Virus record (IMG/VR): IMGVR_UViG_3300043077_000092
Strand: one strand, 5' to 3'
Source: a virus
Taxonomy: Duplodnaviria > Caudoviricetes
DNA: 64,000 nucleotides
Shown: positions 50,058 to 58,699 of the stretch, piece after piece
How the letters are laid out: every line of letters starts with the position of its first letter
Position numbering within the stretch: position 1 is the stretch's first letter
Notes under the pieces: model-generated
What the model saw: only the letters and a program-made list of their open reading frames with translations
Database searches by the model: none
What the model was told of the DNA's origin: nothing
Made by a program: the position numbers and the translations under genes

Positions 50058-52508
50058 TTATTCCTCCTTTTCATTATTTCTGTTTCGTACACCACCACTT
50101 ACCTGTACGGCTGTTTCAAACAGCTTTAGGTTCATGCGTAGTGCATCCATAAGAATATTGTAATAATAAAGATTAAACGCGTAATCATTCTCACTGAATT
50201 GGAACTGGATAAATTTTTCAATGAAAGCTTTTACGCTTTGGAGGTTTTTTACCACTTTAGCCATAATGCCATTTGCATCCGGTGTAGGCAAAACCACTCC
50301 ATTAACCGTGTCCAATACATCGACGACCGTCTCATGCATGGACAAAAAACTGTTCAACAGGAAATAATTCTTTATTTCTTTGTTGTTGTAGCGTTTGTCA
50401 TTTTCACTATTATCTGATGTATCAGAGTCATCTTCTGCGGTATCATCACCACTATCTCCATTATCATCATTAGTATCGTCATCGTTGGTATTGGCTGCAT
50501 CGTCATCCGTATTGTCGTTATCATCTTCTGCACCTTGATCGTCTGCCATTGCAGTATAATCGGTTGCTCCCTCTGGTGCATCATCATCATTTTTTGTATC
50601 GTCATCATCAGCTTCCATAACTGATTTAAGATATAACGTACGAACTTCTTTAGCTTCCATCAGATGTAAACATTCAGTTTGATTCATGGCGATTTCAGCT
50701 AATGCACTGTAGCAACCAGTGATTATCTCCTGACGTTTTTCAGTATCTAAGTTATTGATTTCTTCCTTATCACCGTGCAATAAGTAATCCACCAGCATAC
50801 GAGTTAATCCCTTCATGGTATCGTATACTTTATATTTTTCAAGTGGGTTATCCAATGAGTTTAACTTATCTACGCACTGACTAGATGCATCATAAAATGT
50901 ACCAAGAGAGAATGACTCAACTAACGGTTTATAGTACTTCTTGAAACGATTCTTATCACCAACACTGATGTCTTTAATCTTGAACTTACGGATTTTCTTA
51001 TTGATATTTTCAGCAAGTTCTTTCTCCTCTTCAGCAGATGCATAATTGAAGAAACGAATTGCTGAGCGTACATGCTTTTCATCAGGCATAGGATATGCCT
51101 TTCTCTCAGGTAATCCATAAGTCTCAGTAGAGTATTTCTGTTCAAGTATACTTGATGGAACTGATATCCCTTCAAATATAGTCTCCTCAACTCCAACTGA
51201 TATTTCAGGAATACTGATATCATCTCCATTTTCAAAGTTGATATCATGAGTCTGCATATACTTCTCTATATCATCTCCGGGTTTTAATTCACCATCGTCA
51301 ATAGCTTTCTGTAAGAAAGAAACGACTTTCTGTTCGTCATCATACTTATGGTTAAGTAGAGTTGAGTATTCGTTCGTATGAGGGTGAACTATCTCAGTAT
51401 CGTTTGGAAGTACTTCAATCAATTCCCTTAAATCCATAAGGGATAATTGAAATACATCTGTTTTTACAGGAGTAACATTATCCTCTCTGAAAGTATATTC
51501 TCTTAGAGCAGGGTCGTTACCAATACCAATATCCAAGTTTGTAGGGTCAATGGTATAGACATAGAACTTCACTTTGATATCAAGCAAATCTTTGCTCTTA
51601 AGATATTCGAATGTATCCTGATACATTACAAGATGACCAACTATAAATTCAATCTCGTTATGCGATTCGGGTAAGTCACCATCATCTGAGTCTTTAATCA
51701 TCTTTGTAAATGCTCTAGCGGCTCCGAATAACTTTGCAAACTCATAGTCTGCAAAACAGAATGTAGACCAACCCGGTGTCTGGAAGACATTACCCAAATC
51801 CAAACTCATTGGATGGAATGTTTCAATCTCATAAGTTGAACCGTGATAAAGCATATCTCCCGGAACCAATATAGGAGAATTAAATTCTGTACTCTCATTA
51901 ATCACATCGGTTCTATAAAGACGTAATGCCGCTTTCTTATCCTCTGCAACAAATTGAGAGTTTATTAAAGCCTGAATGTGTTCTTTTCTGAGATATCTAG
52001 CTATATCAGCAATGTCATAGAACTTACCGTTATTAGCCATATCATCATCTAAGTCTTTCTCTTCAACCTTTGATTTGTCATACGGTCCATCATATACTCC
52101 AACGAATATATCAGAAACACTACCGACGTATTCAATTGGCATATCTCCACCCTTTAATAGAAATCCCGGTTCATATAACTCATAATACTGAATACCAGAA
52201 TTATATACTAATGTAACCTGTACCAATGCCTCTTCGTTGGTTTCGGCAATTGCCTGTTCCAATTTAGTAGAATCAGCATCAAGTGAACCACCCGGAATTG
52301 CATACTTATGGGTTCTTTTATCTGGTGGAGTTTTTTCTATATCGTCTTTTAACCTTAAGTAGACATATCTTGCATCTTTGATCACAAGCATTTCTACTCT
52401 TGGTCTATAAGGATCTTTTCCTAACCAAAAAATTGGATGATAGACTCCTTTATATACGAAAGAAGTATCACCAACCCTGATAGGTTTATTTCCGTCAGGT
52501 ACTTTCAT
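50058..52508 (-). CDS. Multidomain putative internal head protein: NUDIX-like, ADP-ribosyltransferase-like, DUF6582-like and helical domains
   Basis: PGGSLDADSTKLEQAIAETNEEA; LYHGS...STFCF...YVYTID...EY; YGLPERKAYPMPDEKHVRSAIRFFN; directly upstream of capsid gene. Confidence 0.6.
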   Translation of the reverse strand: MKVPDGNKPIRVGDTSFVYKGVYHPIFWLGKDPYRPRVEMLVIKDARYVYLRLKDDIEKTPPDKRTHKYAIPGGSLDADSTKLEQAIAETNEEALVQVTLVYNSGIQYYELYEPGFLLKGGDMPIEYVGSVSDIFVGVYDGPYDKSKVEEKDLDDDMANNGKFYDIADIARYLRKEHIQALINSQFVAEDKKAALRLYRTDVINESTEFNSPILVPGDMLYHGSTYEIETFHPMSLDLGNVFQTPGWSTFCFADYEFAKLFGAARAFTKMIKDSDDGDLPESHNEIEFIVGHLVMYQDTFEYLKSKDLLDIKVKFYVYTIDPTNLDIGIGNDPALREYTFREDNVTPVKTDVFQLSLMDLRELIEVLPNDTEIVHPHTNEYSTLLNHKYDDEQKVVSFLQKAIDDGELKPGDDIEKYMQTHDINFENGDDISIPEISVGVEETIFEGISVPSSILEQKYSTETYGLPERKAYPMPDEKHVRSAIRFFNYASAEEEKELAENINKKIRKFKIKDISVGDKNRFKKYYKPLVESFSLGTFYDASSQCVDKLNSLDNPLEKYKVYDTMKGLTRMLVDYLLHGDKEEINNLDTEKRQEIITGCYSALAEIAMNQTECLHLMEAKEVRTLYLKSVMEADDDDTKNDDDAPEGATDYTAMADDQGAEDDNDNTDDDAANTNDDDTNDDNGDSGDDTAEDDSDTSDNSENDKRYNNKEIKNYFLLNSFLSMHETVVDVLDTVNGVVLPTPDANGIMAKVVKNLQSVKAFIEKFIQFQFSENDYAFNLYYYNILMDALRMNLKLFETAVQVSGGVRNRNNEKEE

Positions 52509-52629
52509 CTTGAAAGACCTCCTTTCTCTTTAATTTGCTTATTTGCTTGTGGAAAACAACTAGTTTCAATGAAGAATTTCTAATGAGTTGGACAAATATA
52601 TAAAATAAAATATAGGAGGGTTAATCAAT

Positions 52630-53031
52630 ATGGGAGAAACCATTTATCAATCAAATTTTTACATGGATAGTCAACCATGTATCAATCTGAATGACAATCC
52701 TGCGGTCTTAAAAGACCGTAACTACTTAAGAGAACATGAGAGATATAACTTTTCATGTTTTGGAGATATTCATATAACAAAAGAAACGTGTCAAAATGAT
52801 ACTGCTCGTGTCTCAGTTGAAGCTAAGCTGTCAAACGGTGAGACAATTACCATCGTTGATACAAGTACTAACAGGAATAGATACTTAGGCGATGTAGGTA
52901 AGATGATGTGGTATGCGGATCATCTTGATATTAAGTTCAGAGGAAAATTCATTTGCTGTAATATAGAATCTGCGGGTCGCTCGGAAACAAAAGCACGTCT
53001 TATGGCAATAGAGGACGCTGAACCGATTTAG
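52630..53031 (+). CDS. Hypothetical protein
   Basis: 133 aa with own RBS, promoter motif and terminator. Confidence 0.65.
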   Translation: MGETIYQSNFYMDSQPCINLNDNPAVLKDRNYLREHERYNFSCFGDIHITKETCQNDTARVSVEAKLSNGETITIVDTSTNRNRYLGDVGKMMWYADHLDIKFRGKFICCNIESAGRSETKARLMAIEDAEPI

Positions 53032-53115
53032 AAAACCAAGGAAAGGGAGTGAGACAATTTTAAGGTCTCACTCCATTTTTATTATTGAACTAGCTGAAAT
53101 AGAGGTAAATATATA

Positions 53116-53718
53116 ATGAAAATTAATGATATGAAACGAGCTATAATATTGCTTGAAAATGAATGGGACTTGGGTTCAAGATCAAGTGGTGCGAGTAGGA
53201 AATTATGTGCATGGATTTACTTAATCGAGATATTAGAGGAAACCGAACGGTTCGTTTACTATAGAGAAGAAGGAAGATTAGTTGGATTTGCAGGTTATTC
53301 TAACAATCACAAACGCCATCCAATTAGGAAACTTTTATGTGGTATAATTAGATGTATTCTATATAGAAGTAAAGAGATTAAAGATTTGAACGCTCTTAAG
53401 GAGTATTATGCCAACTATGACGAGTATATACCTGATTATCTTGAGGGATATTTCGATGGGGAAGTTTCGATATTGATTTTAGATAAATCTTATAGGGGCA
53501 AAAACATTGGCAAGAAGATACTCTTACAGGTGTTTGAACTTGCAAAGAATGATGATATGCATAATCTTCAGATATTGACTGATGAATCTTGCAACTATAA
53601 GTTTTATGAAAAGGCTGGTTGTAAGAAGGTCTATGAAACGGTTGTTGAAAATAAAGAATGTTGCAAATTAGGAAATTCATCAAATGAGAAAGCGTTTATA
53701 TATGAAATTCAATTCTGA
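53116..53718 (+). CDS. GNAT-family acetyltransferase
   Basis: YRGKNIGKKIL (R-x-x-G-x-G/A-like) and NYKFYEKAG motifs. Confidence 0.85.
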   Translation: MKINDMKRAIILLENEWDLGSRSSGASRKLCAWIYLIEILEETERFVYYREEGRLVGFAGYSNNHKRHPIRKLLCGIIRCILYRSKEIKDLNALKEYYANYDEYIPDYLEGYFDGEVSILILDKSYRGKNIGKKILLQVFELAKNDDMHNLQILTDESCNYKFYEKAGCKKVYETVVENKECCKLGNSSNEKAFIYEIQF

Positions 53719-53797
53719 GACTGATAAAAGAACAGAGTAAAGTTATATTCAATCTTTACTCTGTTCTCTTTTTTTTTTGTATAGTCGATAAAATATT

Positions 53798-53807
53798 TAT
53801 ATATTAT
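53798..53807 (+). promoter_or_regulatory. Representative early-type promoter TATATTAT (about 7 copies)
   Basis: Recurs upstream of non-structural units; resembles phiKZ early TATATTAC. Confidence 0.55.
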
Positions 53808-53858
53808 TCCTTTAGGTAAGCAAAAACAATACTGGCTTACCGAAAGGAGGGGAGTCCT

Positions 53859-54059
53859 ATGGCAAACCAGTACAGTTCTAGCAATATGCCACCAACATAT
53901 TACTACTATTGCGGTGATAACCCTGCTTATCAGGGTCGTGAAAGCCCTACACGGGCTTTCATGGATGAGTACGAACAACATCGTGCTCATGTATCAGAGA
54001 ATCCGACTGCATTTGCAAACGATATACGTTTTATCATGAACGCACTATCAGCAATGTAA
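53859..54059 (+). CDS. Small protein (66 aa), paralog of 47617-47832
   Basis: AAAGGAGG RBS; TATATATTAT upstream; terminator 54086-54119. Confidence 0.7.
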   Translation: MANQYSSSNMPPTYYYYCGDNPAYQGRESPTRAFMDEYEQHRAHVSENPTAFANDIRFIMNALSAM

Positions 54060-54380
54060 GGTGCTTTCTCCGGTACATTAATATGATGTATGGGTGATTT
54101 TTATTAATCACCCATACATTTTTTGTATAAAAAAGAAAGGAGTAAAGACGCATTGTTTGCACCTTTACTCATCCTTCGATATCTTGATAAGTATAAACTT
54201 TCCGAGGTCAAGTCTTCCAGAAACCTTTCCTTTGGATGTTTAAACAAATCACTATATCTGCATGTTATAATACCATATACAGACCTTCTAACTCTGGAAA
54301 CGTCAGATATCTACATATCATATTATTTGGTCCGAAGATTATCTTCTTTCCTATAAATATGTTATGTAGATATCTTTTTA

Positions 54381-55556
54381 TTATTTATCTTCATCACTAC
54401 CAAATGGGTATTCCATTTCATCAATGTCTGATATATCAACCCCATTCATCTGGATGATACGATACTTACGATTGTACTTATCGTATACATAATCAGAACC
54501 CGGTCTAATATGGAGTGATGCATAGATACTTGGGTCAGCATCAGAAGGTAATTCTACCCCTTCAACAACTTCACCATCAGAATCCAATGCAACGAATTGA
54601 TAATTACCATCACCGTATTCATACACGCATATATCAACTCTTCTCTTTTCATTGGCAATATTGCCAAATTCATCCCCAACAACTCCACTGTTACCATATT
54701 GATGCATTCCCTGAATGGGCTGAGTGATGTTAAATCCCATACTCTGAGCAATTGAATCAATCTCAGCAGGGTCTCCAGCCACTTCTGTATTAAGACCACC
54801 AGTTTGACTATCATCAACAGGGTCATATTCAAAATCAGCATGGGAATATCCCTGAAGGCTATTATCGATAAAGTGTTTTGTACCACCACCAACGATGTTC
54901 TTAAAGAATCTATCGGCGATATTATCCGTACTCTCAGATTCAGACGGGGCGTTGGCTTTATCCTTCATTCTCCAATCTACCTGTTTTGCACGTAAATCTG
55001 CCATCGTCTTAATGATTTGAACTTTAGAAGTATTAATGGCATTATAGGCTTCAACCAAATCAGAGTAATTTTTTGTAATACCAACTGAACGATTACCTGC
55101 ACCCTTTCCAGTCTGAGTCATCTTTGTCAATTGTTGGTTTACTCTTGTACCATGAGTCTTAACATCCTTTAATACCTCAGATAACATGGCAAGCTCTTTC
55201 TTAAATACATTGCTATATTTATCGGCACCATCCATCATCTCATCATCTAATTGGAATCCAGTGATTCTTTCATCTGTAACAGAGTTGATTGGTGATAGTG
55301 CATCTACTTCACCAAGGTCTCTTACAAAATCATTCCAATCTTCAGATACATTAAGCGGTTGCATCTCGGGATTTATCATAGGTGGTAATGCATCAGGCTC
55401 TTTCTCTTTCTTTGGTTCGGGTTTAATATTCTTAATGGAAAATGACCCGCTGGTTGGCTTAGACATTTTCTCTAATTCTTCTAAGAAAGATTTGCGTTTT
55501 TGTTTCTTACGATACTCAGCAAATTCTTCATCAGATAAGATTTTTACTTCGTACAT
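54381..55556 (-). CDS. Hypothetical protein with coiled-coil core
   Basis: 391 aa, AGGAGG RBS, late-type promoter. Confidence 0.7.
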   Translation of the reverse strand: MYEVKILSDEEFAEYRKKQKRKSFLEELEKMSKPTSGSFSIKNIKPEPKKEKEPDALPPMINPEMQPLNVSEDWNDFVRDLGEVDALSPINSVTDERITGFQLDDEMMDGADKYSNVFKKELAMLSEVLKDVKTHGTRVNQQLTKMTQTGKGAGNRSVGITKNYSDLVEAYNAINTSKVQIIKTMADLRAKQVDWRMKDKANAPSESESTDNIADRFFKNIVGGGTKHFIDNSLQGYSHADFEYDPVDDSQTGGLNTEVAGDPAEIDSIAQSMGFNITQPIQGMHQYGNSGVVGDEFGNIANEKRRVDICVYEYGDGNYQFVALDSDGEVVEGVELPSDADPSIYASLHIRPGSDYVYDKYNRKYRIIQMNGVDISDIDEMEYPFGSDEDK

Positions 55557-55645
55557 ATAGCGTTCCTCCTTTCTCTTTAAAAAATTGTATTTTTGTTTTA
55601 TTACTATATTATCTACATATAACGAAAGAAAGGAGACAACAGTTT

Positions 55646-56128
55646 ATGGAGAACGAAACATTACTAGAGGTAAAGATGTTTACTGATGGTGCAGCTAGAG
55701 GGAACCCAAATGGACCGGGAGGATATGGAGTAATCATTCAGTATACAGATGAGAATGGAGAACTCCATGAGAGGGAACTCTCAGATGGAACCCAAGCTAC
55801 AACAAACAACAAAATGGAGTTACTTGCTGTAATCATCGGATTAGAAACCCTTACAAGACCATGTAAGGTTCATGTAGTATCCGACTCAACTTATGTAGTA
55901 AATCCGTTTAATAAAGGTTGGATATATTCGTGGCAGAAGAAAGGGTGGAAAAATGCATCCAATGACCCTGTTAAAAACGTAGATTTATGGAAACGATTAC
56001 TCAATGCGATGAAACCTCATCAGGTAACATTTGAATGGATTAGAGGGCATTGTGGTTATCCAGAGAACGAACGTTGTGATAAGCTTGCAACTCAAGCCGC
56101 CGACAAATTTAAAATAAGGAGAGGATAA
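55646..56128 (+). CDS. rnhA: Ribonuclease HI
   Basis: FTDGAARGNPNGPGG, TTNNKMEL, SDSTY, KNVDLW, WIRGH...NERCD. Confidence 0.95.
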   Translation: MENETLLEVKMFTDGAARGNPNGPGGYGVIIQYTDENGELHERELSDGTQATTNNKMELLAVIIGLETLTRPCKVHVVSDSTYVVNPFNKGWIYSWQKKGWKNASNDPVKNVDLWKRLLNAMKPHQVTFEWIRGHCGYPENERCDKLATQAADKFKIRRG

Positions 56129-56133
56129 ATAAT

Positions 56134-56516
56134 ATGGAACAGAAAAAGGTTTTAGGGATATACTCGTACATCACATTAATGATGACGATTATTACACCGC
56201 ACCATTAACAGACAAGAACCTTGAAGCGTTGTTGAACGCTGATTACTCGGTACCAAGTCTTGTAGTATTATACGATGAAGAGAATGATCCGATTGCTATT
56301 AAAACAACTGAGATTGAAGGATTCAGAGTTGAATACAGTGACGAGGATACTGACGAAGAAACCGAGGAACTTCCTGCACCATTATCGTCGCATTCATCCA
56401 GAGGTGGGATAATACTTGGTGAGACGAAATCATCTGATGGCGATATCAAATTGAACGACTACGTAAAGGCTGATAAACCTGAAGAAGAGAAACGTGGATT
56501 ATTCCATAAGAAATAA
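56134..56516 (+). pseudogene. Acidic hypothetical protein with apparent frameshift near its 5' end
   Basis: ATG 56134 has the RBS but stops after 24 codons; the -1 frame is open from 56133 to 56516. Confidence 0.45.
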
Positions 56517-56616
56517 ATTAAATAGATAAGTGGAGATTTTCTCTGCTTATCTATTTTTTGTATCAGATACGGTATTTCCACAAAAGTATAATTTGATATA
56601 GAAAGGACTGATTTAA

Positions 56617-57456
56617 TTGGATAGAAATTTATTATTGCGAGCAGGAATGCGAGCTTGTGGAAGAGTACTAAATCTTTTACCAAAAGAAGGTGAAACTGGA
56701 ATTGGTACTCCGACTAAATATATGATAAGAATACTCACTGAGGAAACCTTACCATCTCTGGATATTCTTCATCCAGTGATTGTAAAAAAGACCTTTAGTA
56801 CAGAAAGTTTGATACCGGTTGATGTTAAGAACAATCAGGATATAGTTCAACTTTCTATCAATGACCAATTAGCTAGTCGTGTAATCAATGATGATAGATA
56901 CTCAGTTTATCGTATCCCTTCAGAAGTTACCGACGGACAGAAGATTCTCACAATCAAGTCTTGTGTACCAGTAAGGGCAAATGGCGCAGGAATTGGTTCT
57001 TATGGTAGCTATTATAATGAAGCACCTTGGAATACCCATTTTGGTCGTTCTACCAGTGGTGATTTATATGGTACTGTAATGGCTGCGAATGTTGATTATG
57101 TTGATAGGTTGTTGGTTGGTGAGGTATCAAGACAATTCAGATTTTATTTCTTTGAACCAAATATTCTTATGATTACCAACTATAGGGGAGCTTTAAGTGC
57201 TGCTTTTTGTTGTAAGAATGATGAATCACTTACAACATTAGATGATATGGCTTATGAAGGAACAAGAAGATTGTTTATTCTTGACTTAAAGAAAAGCATC
57301 TATAATGAATATGGCAACTATACAGAAGTTGACACAGCATTTGGCTCATTGGATTTGAAGATTGGTGATTGGTCGAGTGCAGAAAACGAACGAAACGAAT
57401 TATTTGATACATACAGAAGTACAGCACATTTCCGTACATCTAGTATTCGTTCGTAA
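56617..57456 (+). CDS. Putative virion structural (neck-like) protein
   Basis: 279 aa, TTG start, late-type promoter 56579-56590; function is a guess. Confidence 0.45.
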   Translation: MDRNLLLRAGMRACGRVLNLLPKEGETGIGTPTKYMIRILTEETLPSLDILHPVIVKKTFSTESLIPVDVKNNQDIVQLSINDQLASRVINDDRYSVYRIPSEVTDGQKILTIKSCVPVRANGAGIGSYGSYYNEAPWNTHFGRSTSGDLYGTVMAANVDYVDRLLVGEVSRQFRFYFFEPNILMITNYRGALSAAFCCKNDESLTTLDDMAYEGTRRLFILDLKKSIYNEYGNYTEVDTAFGSLDLKIGDWSSAENERNELFDTYRSTAHFRTSSIRS

Positions 57457-57705
57457 AAAGAGGAGTAGGATAGGAATCGATTATCGTGACAAACAATCAA
57501 TTCCTATCCTCTTTTGCGTTGTACTATGGGATTTACTTTGTAGTTCTCGACAAGTGATGTCGCCGGTGAAGACGCATTTTAGTCAAGATAAATGAGACTG
57601 GCTCATTAAGATAATGTTATTTTTCGATTTTTTATAAATAAAATAAACCAGAGGTGAAATTCATCATCTCTGGTTTATTTTTCTATGTTCCAAGGAAAGA
57701 AAGAA

Positions 57706-58572
57706 TTAGAACCGTTTCCACAGGTCCGCATATCTACGTGCTGTTTCCATCTCAGCCTGAAATACGAAAGTATCCTTTCCATTACTGATTGAGAAGGAAT
57801 GATTTCCATAGGTGTTTAATGTAGATGGGTCAAGATTGAATGACTCACATACAACCTTTAAGTTATCCGAATCCTTCACAAGCATCTCCTGAATATCTGC
57901 ACCAAGAATTGCTCTTGAAGCATCCTGCAAAGGAGAAGTATTGATTCTTGTAGCAGATTCATATATCGTTTCCTGTCCACCATATGTCTTTGAAACCTTA
58001 ATCTTCTTTGGATCTGCATAAGCTTCCTTATGAGAAGGTAAGTTCACCTCATCATATGTAATGAATCTTGGTGGTTTCATAACATATGAGATGTTACCTT
58101 TCTTATCAAGAACTGCAAATCCTCTATAAGAATAAGAAGGATTGATTCCCTGAAGAATACCCTTGGTAAGTTTCGTACCATACATTCCATCATCAAGAGT
58201 TTCAATAGATCCACGGATGAGATTTCCATCTCTCCACATTTTCTTGATAATGTTGCAGGTAAACTTCGGGTCAATAGTTGCAATTCTTGCAGGTGTTCCG
58301 TCTACCGGATGACCAGCCTCACTTTGAAGTTTGTTATTCTGTTGAAGTTCATACACTTCAGGAGTTGTAATAGACTGGTAAATTGCATCCCCTTTATAAT
58401 ATCTTCTATTACGATTAATGCAGTCCAAAGATTGGAGAATAGTATCAAATCGAATAAAAAATAGATGGTTATCTTTAATTACATCCAGATTACTTACTTC
58501 CTGAAAGGTATTGTCATTTTCCATTAGGATAAATCCAAATGGTGCATTTGGATTAACAACTGTACTTGACAT
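57706..58572 (-). CDS. Prohead core protease (T4 gp21-like)
   Basis: NRNRRYY, EAGHP, SYSYRG, ITYDEVNLPSH. Confidence 0.88.
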   Translation of the reverse strand: MSSTVVNPNAPFGFILMENDNTFQEVSNLDVIKDNHLFFIRFDTILQSLDCINRNRRYYKGDAIYQSITTPEVYELQQNNKLQSEAGHPVDGTPARIATIDPKFTCNIIKKMWRDGNLIRGSIETLDDGMYGTKLTKGILQGINPSYSYRGFAVLDKKGNISYVMKPPRFITYDEVNLPSHKEAYADPKKIKVSKTYGGQETIYESATRINTSPLQDASRAILGADIQEMLVKDSDNLKVVCESFNLDPSTLNTYGNHSFSISNGKDTFVFQAEMETARRYADLWKRF

Positions 58573-58699
58573 CGTTCTGTCACTCCTTTCTTAGAGTTTT
58601 CATTATAACCGTGTGGAGATTGAATAACTACATTATTTTTACAAAAAAAAAAGATGAGAGAAGAGGAAATTTGATCCCTCTTCTCTTTACGCCGTATAA

